DNA of 52,714 bases from Acidimicrobiales bacterium (GCA_035526015.1 DATLDH010000108.1:1-52714), one strand, 5' to 3'. Positions 16,415-25,820 are shown, counted from the stretch's first letter. The notes: generated by a model from the letters alone, not told the origin. Translations and numbers: made by a program.

Positions 16415-17685
16415 CCGCCGTCGTGGCGCCGACCTCCACCGAGGAGTGGTTGGCGCGCTACGACGAGGCGGTGGCGGGGGTGCTGCCGACGTACTTCGAC
16501 GTGGTGGCCGACCATGCCGAGGGCAGCTGGATCACCGACGTCGGCGGCCGTCGTTACCTCGACTTCGGATCGGGCATCGCCGTCACCAACGTCGGCCACT
16601 GCCACCCGCGCGTCGTGGCCGCCGTCCAGCGCCAGGCGGCGAGGTTGCTGCACACCTCCGTCGTGCTGCGGCATCAGCCGTACATCACCCTGGCCGAGCG
16701 CATCGGCGCGCTCTGCCCCTTCCTCGACGACCCGCAGGTCTTCCTGTGCAACTCCGGCGCCGAGGCCGTTGACGGCGCCATCAAGCTGGCCCGGCGGGTC
16801 ACCGGTCGCGCCGGCATCGTCGCCTTCGACGGTGCGTTCCACGGGCGCACACTGGCCGCCACCACGCTGACGACGACCAGGGCCACCTACCGGGAGGGCT
16901 ACGACCCGCTGCTGCCGGGTGTGCACGTGGCGCCCCACGGCGATCTGACCGGCTTCGACGAGCTCCTGGCGACGATCGGCGCGGCGACCGTCGCCGCCGT
17001 CATCGTCGAGCCCGTCCTGGGCGAAGGTGGCTACGTTCTGCCCCCCGCCGGTTGGCTGGCCGGCCTCCGGCAGCGGTGCGACGACCACGGCGTGCTGCTC
17101 GTGTTCGACGAGGTGCAGTGCGGCATGGGCCGCACCGGGCGGCCGTTCGCGGCCGAGACCTTCGGCGTGGCGCCCGACGTGGTGCTGTTCGCCAAGGGCG
17201 TGGCGTCGGGCCTGCCGCTCGGCGGCATCGTGGCCGGCCGGGCCCTGATGGATCGGTGGTCACGCGGCTCGCACGGCTCGACGTTCGGGGGCAACCCCGT
17301 CTCGTGCGCCGCCGCACTCGCCACCCTCGACGTGCTGGCCGACGAGGACTGCTACGAGCGGGCCACCGTGCTCGGTCGCCGGGCCCTGGCGCGCCTGGCG
17401 GCGGTCGACGCGCCGTGGGTCGTCGACGTCCGCGGCGTCGGCCTCATGATCGGCGTCGAGCTGACCGACGGCGCCACCGCCGTCGTCGTCCAGCGCCGCT
17501 GCCTGGACGCCGGCCTCATCGTCCTCAACTGCGGCCCCGACGGCCGCGTCCTCCGGCTCGTGCCGCCGCTCACCATCTCCGACGCCGACCTGACGATCGG
17601 CCTCGACATCCTCTGCCAGGCGCTCAGGCGCGGCGCCACAGGGAAGCCGACGGGTGCAGCAGGTCGAGAGCGGCGCTCCCCCTGA
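16411..17685 (+). CDS. Class III (omega) aminotransferase, GABA/acetylornithine-aminotransferase-like
   Basis: ATGA overlap with the ALDH stop. Contains DFGSGIAVTNVGHCHP, FDEVQCGMGRTG, AKGVASGLPLG (PLP Lys) and STFGGNP. Confidence 0.93.
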   Translation: MTAVVAPTSTEEWLARYDEAVAGVLPTYFDVVADHAEGSWITDVGGRRYLDFGSGIAVTNVGHCHPRVVAAVQRQAARLLHTSVVLRHQPYITLAERIGALCPFLDDPQVFLCNSGAEAVDGAIKLARRVTGRAGIVAFDGAFHGRTLAATTLTTTRATYREGYDPLLPGVHVAPHGDLTGFDELLATIGAATVAAVIVEPVLGEGGYVLPPAGWLAGLRQRCDDHGVLLVFDEVQCGMGRTGRPFAAETFGVAPDVVLFAKGVASGLPLGGIVAGRALMDRWSRGSHGSTFGGNPVSCAAALATLDVLADEDCYERATVLGRRALARLAAVDAPWVVDVRGVGLMIGVELTDGATAVVVQRRCLDAGLIVLNCGPDGRVLRLVPPLTISDADLTIGLDILCQALRRGATGKPTGAAGRERRSP

Positions 17686-19000
17686 ACGAGGCGAAGGACG
17701 GCCCGGGCCGATGGTCGCGGCCGAGGAGGAAGACGCGGCGCACGTCGGTGACCGTCACCGTGGCGATCGGGTCGACGGGGTAGACCGGCACCCGGCGCGC
17801 CACCAGCTCGAGCACGTCTGCGGCGGTGGTGCCCGGTGGGAGCTCGACGGCGGTGGCCGCCGGCTCGTCGCGCTGGATCGTCCACGCCGGCTGCGCCTTG
17901 TGTGACGTATAGGTCCGACCGTTCCGCAGCTTCACCTCGACGGCGAGGCCGGCGTAGGGCGCGGCTTGCGGCGGGGAGGTGTCGCGGTCGATCTCGACGT
18001 AGAGGTAGTTGGCCGGATCGCTGACGGCGTCGGTCGCGGGATCGGCCCTCTGCTCGAGCTTGCCCTCGCGGATGAGCTCGTGGGCCATGCGGGCATAGGT
18101 CCAGGGTTGGGTGTCCATGACCCACTCCCGCGCCCGACCGGCCGGCAGCGCCGTCACCGGGTCGAGGAAGAACCGCAGTGCGCCGTCGACGACCCGGTCG
18201 CACAGGTTGTTGTTGGCCGTGCACGTCTGCAGCCGCGGATGGCTCCCCTCGTAGGTGCCGGCGAACCGCGTGACGGCGTGGTCGGGCCCCTGAAAGACCT
18301 GGGTGCCTGGCACCGCCGCGCCGCGCTCGTCGACCTCGAGCCGGTAGGCCCACTCGATGTCGGTCGACCGGCCCCACCGGGCCATGAGCGCGGTGGTGTC
18401 GGTGCCGCCGTCCTCGTTGCTCCATACGAGCGAGTACTCGATGACGCGGTGCCCCTCGCCGGTCGCGGGGGAGATGGTGTGGAAGGCGAGCAGCGGCGTG
18501 TCGGTCGTGGCGTTCTGCCCGGGGCCGCCGTGGTCGGGGAGGGACCGGCCGAAGAGCATGGGCGCATGACGGGTCACGACCCCGGCCGGGCCCCCCGGCG
18601 GCATCACCCGCACCTCGGTCCGGCGTACCTGGACGGGTCCCGGCACCGGCGACAGCGACGGCGCCACCTCGATGACCACCCGGTGCCGGCCGGCGGCGAC
18701 CGCTCCCAGCAGGGCCCGATGGGGCTGCCACTCGTTGCCGGTCACGACGAGGTGGGACACCGGGCCCGCGTCGATCGAGACGGCCAGCACGGTGGACTCC
18801 CGCCCCGCTTTCGCCCACGAGGTCCCCGGCGCCCTGGCCTCGAAGGCGATGAGGACCTCACCCGCCGCCGAGTCGACGGGCACGACCAGCTCGTGGCGCG
18901 GCGTGACGGTGCGGTCGTCGGTGTTCTTCGCCACGGCCACCGTGCCAGGCACCGTCAGCCCGGCCACCACGACCGCCACCGCCACCGCCACCCGACGCAT
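17624..19000 (-). CDS. Secreted hypothetical protein
   Basis: 458 aa with the signal peptide MRRVAVAVAVVVAGLTVPGTVAVA and a non-repetitive, coding-like composition. I recognise no domain. It lies 21 nt downstream of the E1 gene on the same strand. Confidence 0.7.
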   Translation of the reverse strand: MRRVAVAVAVVVAGLTVPGTVAVAKNTDDRTVTPRHELVVPVDSAAGEVLIAFEARAPGTSWAKAGRESTVLAVSIDAGPVSHLVVTGNEWQPHRALLGAVAAGRHRVVIEVAPSLSPVPGPVQVRRTEVRVMPPGGPAGVVTRHAPMLFGRSLPDHGGPGQNATTDTPLLAFHTISPATGEGHRVIEYSLVWSNEDGGTDTTALMARWGRSTDIEWAYRLEVDERGAAVPGTQVFQGPDHAVTRFAGTYEGSHPRLQTCTANNNLCDRVVDGALRFFLDPVTALPAGRAREWVMDTQPWTYARMAHELIREGKLEQRADPATDAVSDPANYLYVEIDRDTSPPQAAPYAGLAVEVKLRNGRTYTSHKAQPAWTIQRDEPAATAVELPPGTTAADVLELVARRVPVYPVDPIATVTVTDVRRVFLLGRDHRPGPSFASFRGSAALDLLHPSASLWRRA

Positions 19001-19021
19001 CGTCCCGAGGGTACCGGGAGG

Positions 19022-20983
19022 TCAGTAGGCCAGGAGCTCCCGGAGCCTGGGAAGGAGCCGCCGCCACGGGGCAACGAGCTCCTCGAGCGCCTTGGCGAAC
19101 GGCACCGGAGTGTCGAGGCCGGCGACGCGCATGACGGGGGCGTCGAGCTCGGAGAAGGCCTCCTCGGCGATGGTCGCCGCCACCTCGGCGCCGAAGCCAC
19201 CGGTGAGGGGTGCCTCGTGGAGCACGAGGGCGCGGCCGGTGGACTGCACCGACGACACCACCCGGCCGCGGTCCCACGGCTGGAGAGAGCGGAGGTCGAT
19301 GACCTCGACCTGGTGGCCGTCGGCCGCCACCGCCTCGGCCGCACCGATGGCGTGGGCCACGCCGGCGCCATAGGTGACGATGGTGGCGTCGCGGCCCGGG
19401 CGCACCACGGCCGCCTCACCGATGGGCACCGTGTGCCACCCGGCCGGCACCGGTCCCGTCGCCGAGCGGTAGAGCAGCTTGTGCTCGAGGAAGAGGACGG
19501 GGTTGGCGTCGTCGAAGGCCGCCAGCAGCAGGCCCTTGGCATCGGCCGGCGTGGACGGCGCCACCACCTTCAGCCCGGCCACGTGGGTGAACCACGCCTC
19601 GATGTTCTGGGAGTGGAACGGCCCGGCGCCGGTGCCGCCGCCGACCGGACAGCGCACCACCACCGGCACGGGCGCCCCCCACCGGTAGTGGGTCTTGGCC
19701 AGGTGGTTCACGACCTGGTTGAAGCCGCACGTGACGAAGTCGGCGAACTGCATCTCCACCATGGGGTGGAAGCCGTCGAGGGCGAGGCCGAGGGCGGCGC
19801 CGATCGCCCCCGACTCGATGATCGGGGTGTTGCGCACCCGTTCCCTGCCGAACTCGGCGCACAGCCCGTCGGTGGCCTTGAACGCCCCGCCGTAGTCGGC
19901 GATGTCCTGACCCATCAGCACGACCCGCTCGTCGGCGGCCAGTGCCTCCCGCAAGCCCTCGGTGACGGCGTCGAGGTAGCGCATGTCGCGTGGCTCGCGG
20001 GAGACGGGACGGGGGCGCGTCCGAGCGGGCGGCGGGGCGAACACCTCGGCCCGCTCGGCGTCCTCGGTGGAGTCGGGATCGTCGACCTCGAGCGCGGCAG
20101 CGACCCGACGGTCGACGTCGGCCTTGATCACCGCCCACCGCGCCTCGCGCCTTCCCGGTGGCAGCCGCTCGTCGAGGCGGGCGATCGGGTCGCGCCCGGC
20201 CCACTCGGCCAGCAGCTCGGCCGGCACGTAGTCGGTGCCCGACGTCTCCTCGTGACCGCGCATGCGGAACGTCTTGCACTCGAGCAGGGTCGGCCCGGCG
20301 CCACTGCGGGCCCGTGCCGCCGCCTCCCGCACCGCATCGACCACGGCCAGCACGTCGTTGCCGTCGACCACCGTGCCCGGCATGCCGTAGCCCACGGCCC
20401 GGTCGGCCAGGTCGGCGCACGCGTACTGCTCCTCGGTGGGCGTCGAGAGCCCGAACCCGTTGTTCTCGATCAGGAAGATCACCGGCAGCTTCCAGACGGC
20501 GGCCAGGTTCATGGCCTCGTGGACGTCACCCTCGCTGGTGCCTCCGTCGCCGGTGAAGGTGACCGCCACCCGGTCCTCACCCCGCAGTCGCGCCGCCAGG
20601 GCCAGCCCGGCCGCCACGGGCACCGTCGCGCCCAGGTGGCTGATCATCCCGACGATGTGATGGCCGAGGTCACCGAAGTGGAACGAGCGGTCGCGTCCCT
20701 TCGTGTAACCATCGGCCTTGCCGAGCAGCTGGCGCAGCAGCCGGTCGAGGTCAACGCCGCGCGCCGTGAACACCCCGAGGTTGCGGTGCATCGGCAGGAT
20801 CCAGTCGTCGGGCCGCAACGCGTGCACCACACCGACCGACACGGCCTCCTGGCCGATGCCGGAGAACCATTTCGACAGCCGGCCCTGACGCAGGAGCAGC
20901 AGCATCTTCTCCTCGATGATGCGCGGCAGCCACAGCGCCTCGCCGAGGCTCAGCAGCTCCTCCTCGTCGACGGTCACCCGCAC
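19022..20983 (-). CDS. Fused alpha/beta E1 component of a TPP-dependent 2-oxoacid dehydrogenase
   Basis: 653 aa. The alpha part carries the TPP motif GDGGTSEGDVHEAMNLAAVWKLPVIFLIENN. The beta part includes RVRNTPIIESGAIGAALG and a transketolase-like C-terminus. Confidence 0.92.
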   Translation of the reverse strand: MRVTVDEEELLSLGEALWLPRIIEEKMLLLLRQGRLSKWFSGIGQEAVSVGVVHALRPDDWILPMHRNLGVFTARGVDLDRLLRQLLGKADGYTKGRDRSFHFGDLGHHIVGMISHLGATVPVAAGLALAARLRGEDRVAVTFTGDGGTSEGDVHEAMNLAAVWKLPVIFLIENNGFGLSTPTEEQYACADLADRAVGYGMPGTVVDGNDVLAVVDAVREAAARARSGAGPTLLECKTFRMRGHEETSGTDYVPAELLAEWAGRDPIARLDERLPPGRREARWAVIKADVDRRVAAALEVDDPDSTEDAERAEVFAPPPARTRPRPVSREPRDMRYLDAVTEGLREALAADERVVLMGQDIADYGGAFKATDGLCAEFGRERVRNTPIIESGAIGAALGLALDGFHPMVEMQFADFVTCGFNQVVNHLAKTHYRWGAPVPVVVRCPVGGGTGAGPFHSQNIEAWFTHVAGLKVVAPSTPADAKGLLLAAFDDANPVLFLEHKLLYRSATGPVPAGWHTVPIGEAAVVRPGRDATIVTYGAGVAHAIGAAEAVAADGHQVEVIDLRSLQPWDRGRVVSSVQSTGRALVLHEAPLTGGFGAEVAATIAEEAFSELDAPVMRVAGLDTPVPFAKALEELVAPWRRLLPRLRELLAY

Positions 20984-21841
20984 CTAGCGTTCGTAGAGGA
21001 AGAAGCCGCGCCCGCTCTTGCGGCCGATGAGCCCGGCCTCGACCATGCGCGACAGGAGCGGGGGCGGCGCGTAGAGCGGCTCCTTGAACTCCTCGTAGAG
21101 CGACTCGGCCACCGCCATGGTGGTGTCGAGACCGATCAGGTCGGTGAGGGCGAGCGGGCCCATCGGGTGGTGACAGCCCTCGATCATCCCGGCGTCGATG
21201 TCCTCGGCGGTGGCGAACCCCGACTCGACCATGCGAATGGCCGACAGCAGGTACGGGATCAGCAGCGCGTTGACGACGAACCCGGCGCGGTCGCGCGCGT
21301 GGATGACACGCTTGCCCAGCACGTCGGAGGCGAACGCCGCCGAGCGATCGATGGTCTCGGTGCCGGTGACCAGCGACGAGACCAGCTCGACCAGCTGCAT
21401 GACCGGCACGGGGTTGAAGAAGTGCATGCCGATGACCGACTCCGGGCGCCGGGTCGCCATGGCCAGCTTCATGATCGGGATCGACGAGGTGTTGGAGGCG
21501 AGGATGGCGCCGTCGCAAGCGATCTCGTCGAGGGCGGCGAACACGTCGACCTTCACGGCCTCGGCCTCCATCACCGCCTCCACCACCAGGTCGCGGTCGG
21601 CCATGTCGGCGAGGTCGGTCGTGTAGCGGATGCTCTCCAGCGCCCGCGCCCGCACCCCGTCCTCGAGCTTGCCGCGGGTGACGGCCCGCTCGAGCGACGA
21701 CTCGATGCGGGACTGGCCCCGTCCGATGGCCCCGGCGTCGACCTCACGCACGACGACGTCGAGCCCGGCGGTGGCGCACACCTCGGCGATGCCCGAGCCC
21801 ATGAGCCCGCACCCGACCACACCGACCTTCTCGACTGCCAT
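20984..21841 (-). CDS. 3-hydroxybutyryl-CoA / 3-hydroxyacyl-CoA dehydrogenase
   Basis: Contains VGVVGCGLMGSGIA (Rossmann), ASNTSSIPI, GMHFFNPVPVMQLVE and GFVVNALL. Confidence 0.93.
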   Translation of the reverse strand: MAVEKVGVVGCGLMGSGIAEVCATAGLDVVVREVDAGAIGRGQSRIESSLERAVTRGKLEDGVRARALESIRYTTDLADMADRDLVVEAVMEAEAVKVDVFAALDEIACDGAILASNTSSIPIMKLAMATRRPESVIGMHFFNPVPVMQLVELVSSLVTGTETIDRSAAFASDVLGKRVIHARDRAGFVVNALLIPYLLSAIRMVESGFATAEDIDAGMIEGCHHPMGPLALTDLIGLDTTMAVAESLYEEFKEPLYAPPPLLSRMVEAGLIGRKSGRGFFLYER

Positions 21842-21859
21842 CGGGCGATACTACGGGCC

Positions 21860-22010
21860 ATGGCCGAGTCCGTTCTCGAGCGCGTCCGCGCCATCTGCAT
21901 GGCCTTCCCCGAGGTCAACGAGCGCCTCAGCCACGGCGTGCCGACGTGGTTCATCCGGCTACCGCCTGGTCGCGCCCACGAAGCTGGTCGCGCTCCTCGA
22001 CGAGCGTTGA
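21860..22010 (+). pseudogene. Remnant of an MmcQ/YjbR-family gene with an internal deletion and frame change
   Basis: MAESVLERVRAICMAFPEVNERLSHGVPTWFIR (frame of ATG 21860) joins out of frame to ..YRLVAPTKLVALLDER* (stop at 22010). These match the usual N- and C-termini of the roughly 120-aa family, with the middle missing. Confidence 0.55.
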
Positions 22011-22024
22011 CACCGCGGGTTGCG

Positions 22025-22045
22025 ATACCTACTATCGCTAGGTAT
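22025..22045. promoter_or_regulatory. 7-bp inverted repeat (ataccta-N7-taggtat) overlapping the PadR start; putative operator next to a TACTAT -10-like box
   Basis: The arms are at 22025-22031 and 22039-22045. tactat lies at 22030-22035, 8 nt upstream of the ATG at 22044. Confidence 0.3.
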
Positions 22046-22367
22046 GAGCGGTGAGCAGCTGAAGGGCCATCTGGACTCGCTGCTGCTGTCGGTCCTGAGC
22101 GACGAACCGATGCACGGCTACGGCGTGATCGCCCGTCTTCGCGACCGCAGCGGCGGCACCTTCGACCTTCCCGAGGGCACGGTGTACCCCGCGCTGCACC
22201 GACTCGAGCGGGCCGGCCTGGTGCACAGCTACTGGTCGTCGGACACCGGCCGCCGCCGCCGACTGTACGAGCTCACCACCGGCGGGCAGGAGTCCTTGGC
22301 CGGTGCCCGCGCCGACTGGCGCTCGTTCTCCCGCGGCGTGACCGCCGTGCTCGGTGCGGCCGGATGA
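22044..22367 (+). CDS. PadR family transcriptional regulator
   Basis: Contains LLLSVLSDEPMHGYGVIARLRDRSGGTFDLPEGTVYPALHRLERAGLV. The ATG at 22044 is preferred over the TTG at 22020. Confidence 0.88.
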   Translation: MSGEQLKGHLDSLLLSVLSDEPMHGYGVIARLRDRSGGTFDLPEGTVYPALHRLERAGLVHSYWSSDTGRRRRLYELTTGGQESLAGARADWRSFSRGVTAVLGAAG

Positions 22368-23137
22368 GCGCGCCCATCGAGCAGTACCTCGACGAGCTGG
22401 CCGACCGGCTCCCGCTGCGGGGCCGGGCCCTGCGCCGCGTGCTCTGTGAGGTGGAGGACCATCTACGGGAGGCGCTGACCGAAGGCGTCGAGTCGGGCAT
22501 GACGGTGGCGGCCGCCACCGAGCGGGCCCTGTCGCGCTTCGGCCATCCCGGAGTCGTGGCGGAGCAGTTCGCCCGCCAGGGTGTGACGCTGCGCAGCTGG
22601 GTGTGGAACCTGGCCCTGTCGCTCGGGCTGCTCGGCGCCATCGGCCTCTTCGCCATCGGCGTGAGCGGGTCGCTGGCGGCCGCGTCGGGGGCCGCCTTCG
22701 GCAAGGACTTCGTGGCCGGCGATCCACCCGGCATCCGCTACACCTCCGAGCGCTGCGCCCAGCTCCGCGAGCTGGCGCCGGGCGCGCCCACCTGCAACGA
22801 GGCCGCGGTGCGCCATCACTACGACGAGATCGTCGGGATGCGGTTGGGTGCCGGCGTCGTGGGCGGTGCGGGGCTGGTCGGCTGGATGCTGCTCGGTCGC
22901 CGGTGGCGCCGGCCCGGCGTGCTGCCCGACTCCTTCGTTCCCGTCGCCGGTGCAGCGGTGTTCGGGATGGCCGCCGTCATGCTGCTGGCCGAGGGCGGCC
23001 TCGAGCTGGCGTTCTCGGGCGCCCACACCGGCCCGGGTCAGCTCCTCACGGGTGGCGTGGTGGCACTGGTGATGGCGGTCGGCTTCCTCTTCCGCCTCGC
23101 ACCCGTGGGCCGCGGGCGGCGCACCGCACTCAGGTAG
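22364..23137 (+). CDS. Membrane protein with a PadR-associated 'permease prefix' N-terminal domain
   Basis: ATGA overlap with the padR stop. The sequence IEQYLDELADRLPLRGRALRRVLCEVEDHLRE is followed by about 4 hydrophobic segments. Confidence 0.75.
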   Translation: MSAPIEQYLDELADRLPLRGRALRRVLCEVEDHLREALTEGVESGMTVAAATERALSRFGHPGVVAEQFARQGVTLRSWVWNLALSLGLLGAIGLFAIGVSGSLAAASGAAFGKDFVAGDPPGIRYTSERCAQLRELAPGAPTCNEAAVRHHYDEIVGMRLGAGVVGGAGLVGWMLLGRRWRRPGVLPDSFVPVAGAAVFGMAAVMLLAEGGLELAFSGAHTGPGQLLTGGVVALVMAVGFLFRLAPVGRGRRTALR

Positions 23138-24749
23138 CGGCGGCCTCGAAGAGGGAGCGGGCGCCGGGGTAGTCGGCCTTGCCGTTCGGGGCGCGGGGGA
23201 CCACCTCGACGAGCACCAGCTGGCGCGGCACCTTGTAGCTCGACAACTTCGTCCGCGTCAGCTCGATGATCTCGTCCGGGCCGGCGACGCCCCCCGCGGT
23301 CACCGATGCGACGCCGACCACCCGCTGGCCGAACCGCTCGTCGTCGACACCGAACACCAGCGCGTCGTCGACCGCCGGGTGGAGCTTGATGATCTCCTCC
23401 ACCTCCTCGGGGAAGACCTTCTCGCCCCCGGTGTTGATGCACTGGGACCCGCGGCCGAGCAGGGTGATCGAGCCGTCGTCCTCGACCAGCGCCCAGTCAC
23501 CGGGCACGGAGTAGAGCTGCCCGCCGATCTCGCGGAACGTGCGGGCTGTCTTCTCCTCGTCCTTGAAGTAGCCGAGCGGCCGCTCGCTGACCGGGACGCA
23601 GACGATGCCCATCTCCCCGGAGCCGGGCGCGACCTCCTCGCCGTCCTCGCGCAGCACCTTGACACCCGCGCCCGGCATGAACCGTCCGGTCGCGGCCGGC
23701 TTCTCCCTGGTCGAGACCGACACCCCCATCCCGCCCTCGGTGGCGGCCATGTAGTCGACGATGGCGGCGTTGGGCAGGTGGGAGTGGAGGCCCTGCTTCA
23801 CCTCGCCCGAGAACATGGCGCCGGCCGACATGAGCAACCGGAGCGATCCGAGCTCGCGCGCCGGGCCGTCCTGCAGGCCGCGCAGGAGCGGGCGGGCGAA
23901 GGCGTCGCCCACGATGGTGAGGCCGTTCACCGACTCGCGCTCGACCGTCGACCACACCTCGTCGACGTCGAGCCCCCGGTGCTCGAGCAGCACGAGCACG
24001 CCGCCGAAGCACATCGACGGACGGGTGCCGATGTCCATCCCCGTGCCGTGCATGAGGGGGCACGCGGGCAGGGAGACCCACTGCCGTCCTTCGTCGGCGA
24101 CGCGCTTGGCCATGGCCGGGATCTCGGCGGGATCGGTGACCGGCGCCATGCCGAGGATGGGCGGCACGGCCGTCATCCAGCCCTCGATGCCGCCGCCCAT
24201 CCGGCTCATCACGCCCTTGGGCATGCCGGTCGTGCCGCCCGTGTAGGTCATCACGACGTCCGAGGGATCACGGGCGATGCGGGGCGCCGGCTCGTGGGCG
24301 GCGAGCACGTCCTCGTACGCGAAGGAGCCCACCACGTCGTCGAATCCGCCGCCGTCATGCACGGCGATCCAGAGCTTCACGCCGGGGGCGCGATCCCGGA
24401 TGCGGGCGACGCGGTCGCCGAGGCTGGTGTGGAAGACCAGCGCCTCGGCCTCGGAGTTCTCCAGCAGGTAGAGCAGCTCGTCGTCGAGGTACCGGTAGTT
24501 CACGTTCACCGGCGTGGCCCGGATCTTCACCGCCGCGTAGTACGTCTCCATGTACTCCGGGGCGTTGTAGAGGTACTCGGCGACCTTGGAGCCGTGGCCG
24601 ATCCCGGCGGCGGCGAAGGCACCGGCCAGACGGGACGCCCGGTCGTCGAACGCACCCCAGCTGATCCGGCGGGCTCCCTGGACGATGCACGGCTGGTCAC
24701 CGATGAGGTCGGCGACGGCCTCCCCGATCGTGGCGAGGTGGCGCTCCAT
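23130..24749 (-). CDS. AMP-binding acyl-CoA synthetase
   Basis: 539 aa. Contains TYTGGTTGMPKGV, the TGD-type GDWALVEDDGSITLLGRG and a C-terminal KVPR...PNGKADY. Confidence 0.92.
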   Translation of the reverse strand: MERHLATIGEAVADLIGDQPCIVQGARRISWGAFDDRASRLAGAFAAAGIGHGSKVAEYLYNAPEYMETYYAAVKIRATPVNVNYRYLDDELLYLLENSEAEALVFHTSLGDRVARIRDRAPGVKLWIAVHDGGGFDDVVGSFAYEDVLAAHEPAPRIARDPSDVVMTYTGGTTGMPKGVMSRMGGGIEGWMTAVPPILGMAPVTDPAEIPAMAKRVADEGRQWVSLPACPLMHGTGMDIGTRPSMCFGGVLVLLEHRGLDVDEVWSTVERESVNGLTIVGDAFARPLLRGLQDGPARELGSLRLLMSAGAMFSGEVKQGLHSHLPNAAIVDYMAATEGGMGVSVSTREKPAATGRFMPGAGVKVLREDGEEVAPGSGEMGIVCVPVSERPLGYFKDEEKTARTFREIGGQLYSVPGDWALVEDDGSITLLGRGSQCINTGGEKVFPEEVEEIIKLHPAVDDALVFGVDDERFGQRVVGVASVTAGGVAGPDEIIELTRTKLSSYKVPRQLVLVEVVPRAPNGKADYPGARSLFEAAAT

Positions 24750-24807
24750 GGGCGTGGAGCGTACCGGTCCGCGTTCTTGTCACACCCTCTCGCCATACTC
24801 GGGTGAC

Positions 24808-24930
24808 ATGGAAACGATCACGGCGACCCCCATCACCACCTGTGAGTTCTGCGACGAGGAGTTCGACGAGTTCGACATCCTCGATCACCTCGACCTGGCC
24901 CACCCCGAGCTCATGGACGACGCCGCCTAG
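24808..24930 (+). CDS. 40-aa acidic mini-protein with a C2H2-like motif
   Basis: METITATPITTCEFCDEEFDEFDILDHLDLAHPELMDDAA carries C-x2-C-x11-H-x4-H. It sits in the divergent intergenic region after the 24749 start. The call rests on ORF and motif only. Confidence 0.5.
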   Translation: METITATPITTCEFCDEEFDEFDILDHLDLAHPELMDDAA

Positions 24931-24949
24931 CTGTTCCGCGGAAACGGTT

Positions 24950-25795
24950 TCAGCCGCGGAGTGAGCGGAGGCCGGCGAGCAGGCGGTCCCGCTCCGTCTC
25001 GTCGAGGGTGGCGTACAGGGGCTCGGTACGGGCATCGGTGTCGCTCTCGATGGCGTTGCGCTGCCCGATGCCGGCCGCGGTGATCTCGCCGTCGGCGGCC
25101 AGGCCCCGCGCCTCGATCGCCGCCAGGCCACGCGTTCCGGGCTCGGTCCGGCCCTGGCCGACGCGTTCGACCCCACGATGGGCGTCCCACAGCCGGTTGA
25201 GCGCGTGGGCCTCGGCCGCCCCCAGGTCTGCGGCACGCAACGCGGCCCGATGGGCGTCGGCCCGCCAGTACCGAACGGCCGTGATGGCGCGCAGCACCCG
25301 GGCCTCCGGCGTGGGCCGGTCGAGCACGGCCGGATCGGCGTAGAGGGAGAACGCGTCCGGCGACGAGGGCGGCACCTTCGATCGACCCCCTGCCACGACG
25401 GCCCGGGCCACGTCCTCCAACCCGGCCACCACCTCGGCGCCGGCCTCCCACAGCGCGACGACGGCCGAGTCCTGCAGCTCGACGACCGCCTCGGCGACCA
25501 TGCGGCCTTCGTCGGTGAGCACCAGGTGGGCGCCGTCGCGGCGGAGCACGCCCTCGCTGACGTTGTTCTCGACCAACGCGTCCTCCAGGTCGGGTGCGAT
25601 GTACGGGGTGATCCGACCGAGATCGTCACGGGTCAGCGGTCGCGCCAGCAGCACGATGGCGGTGGTGGTGAGCAACCCGGGGTGGGCGCGCATGCTGTCC
25701 ATGGCAGGTGGCCGGGGCGCCTCGCCGGCGACGCGGTGGCCGGCGATGACGAGCCGGTCGATCTCGGTGGCGACGCGGCCGGCATAGACGGACAT
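24950..25795 (-). CDS. Hypothetical protein (possibly tandem winged-helix-like)
   Basis: The ATG at 25795 (MSVYAGRVATEIDRL) avoids overlap with the divergent 25821 gene. The composition is coding-like, and I recognise no family with confidence. Confidence 0.65.
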   Translation of the reverse strand: MSVYAGRVATEIDRLVIAGHRVAGEAPRPPAMDSMRAHPGLLTTTAIVLLARPLTRDDLGRITPYIAPDLEDALVENNVSEGVLRRDGAHLVLTDEGRMVAEAVVELQDSAVVALWEAGAEVVAGLEDVARAVVAGGRSKVPPSSPDAFSLYADPAVLDRPTPEARVLRAITAVRYWRADAHRAALRAADLGAAEAHALNRLWDAHRGVERVGQGRTEPGTRGLAAIEARGLAADGEITAAGIGQRNAIESDTDARTEPLYATLDETERDRLLAGLRSLRG

Positions 25796-25820
25796 CGGCC
25801 CGACGGTAGAGGATGACCCG

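Noticed and set aside
17966-22054. A 1362-aa plus-strand ORF, the longest in the track
   Set aside because: It is antisense to three genes with unmistakable motifs (the secreted protein, the E1 alpha/beta gene and hbd). Its product is Arg/Gly/Pro/His-rich with no recognisable motif. This is a typical stop-poor shadow frame of very GC-rich DNA. Only its last roughly 65 codons correspond to something real, the MmcQ remnant.
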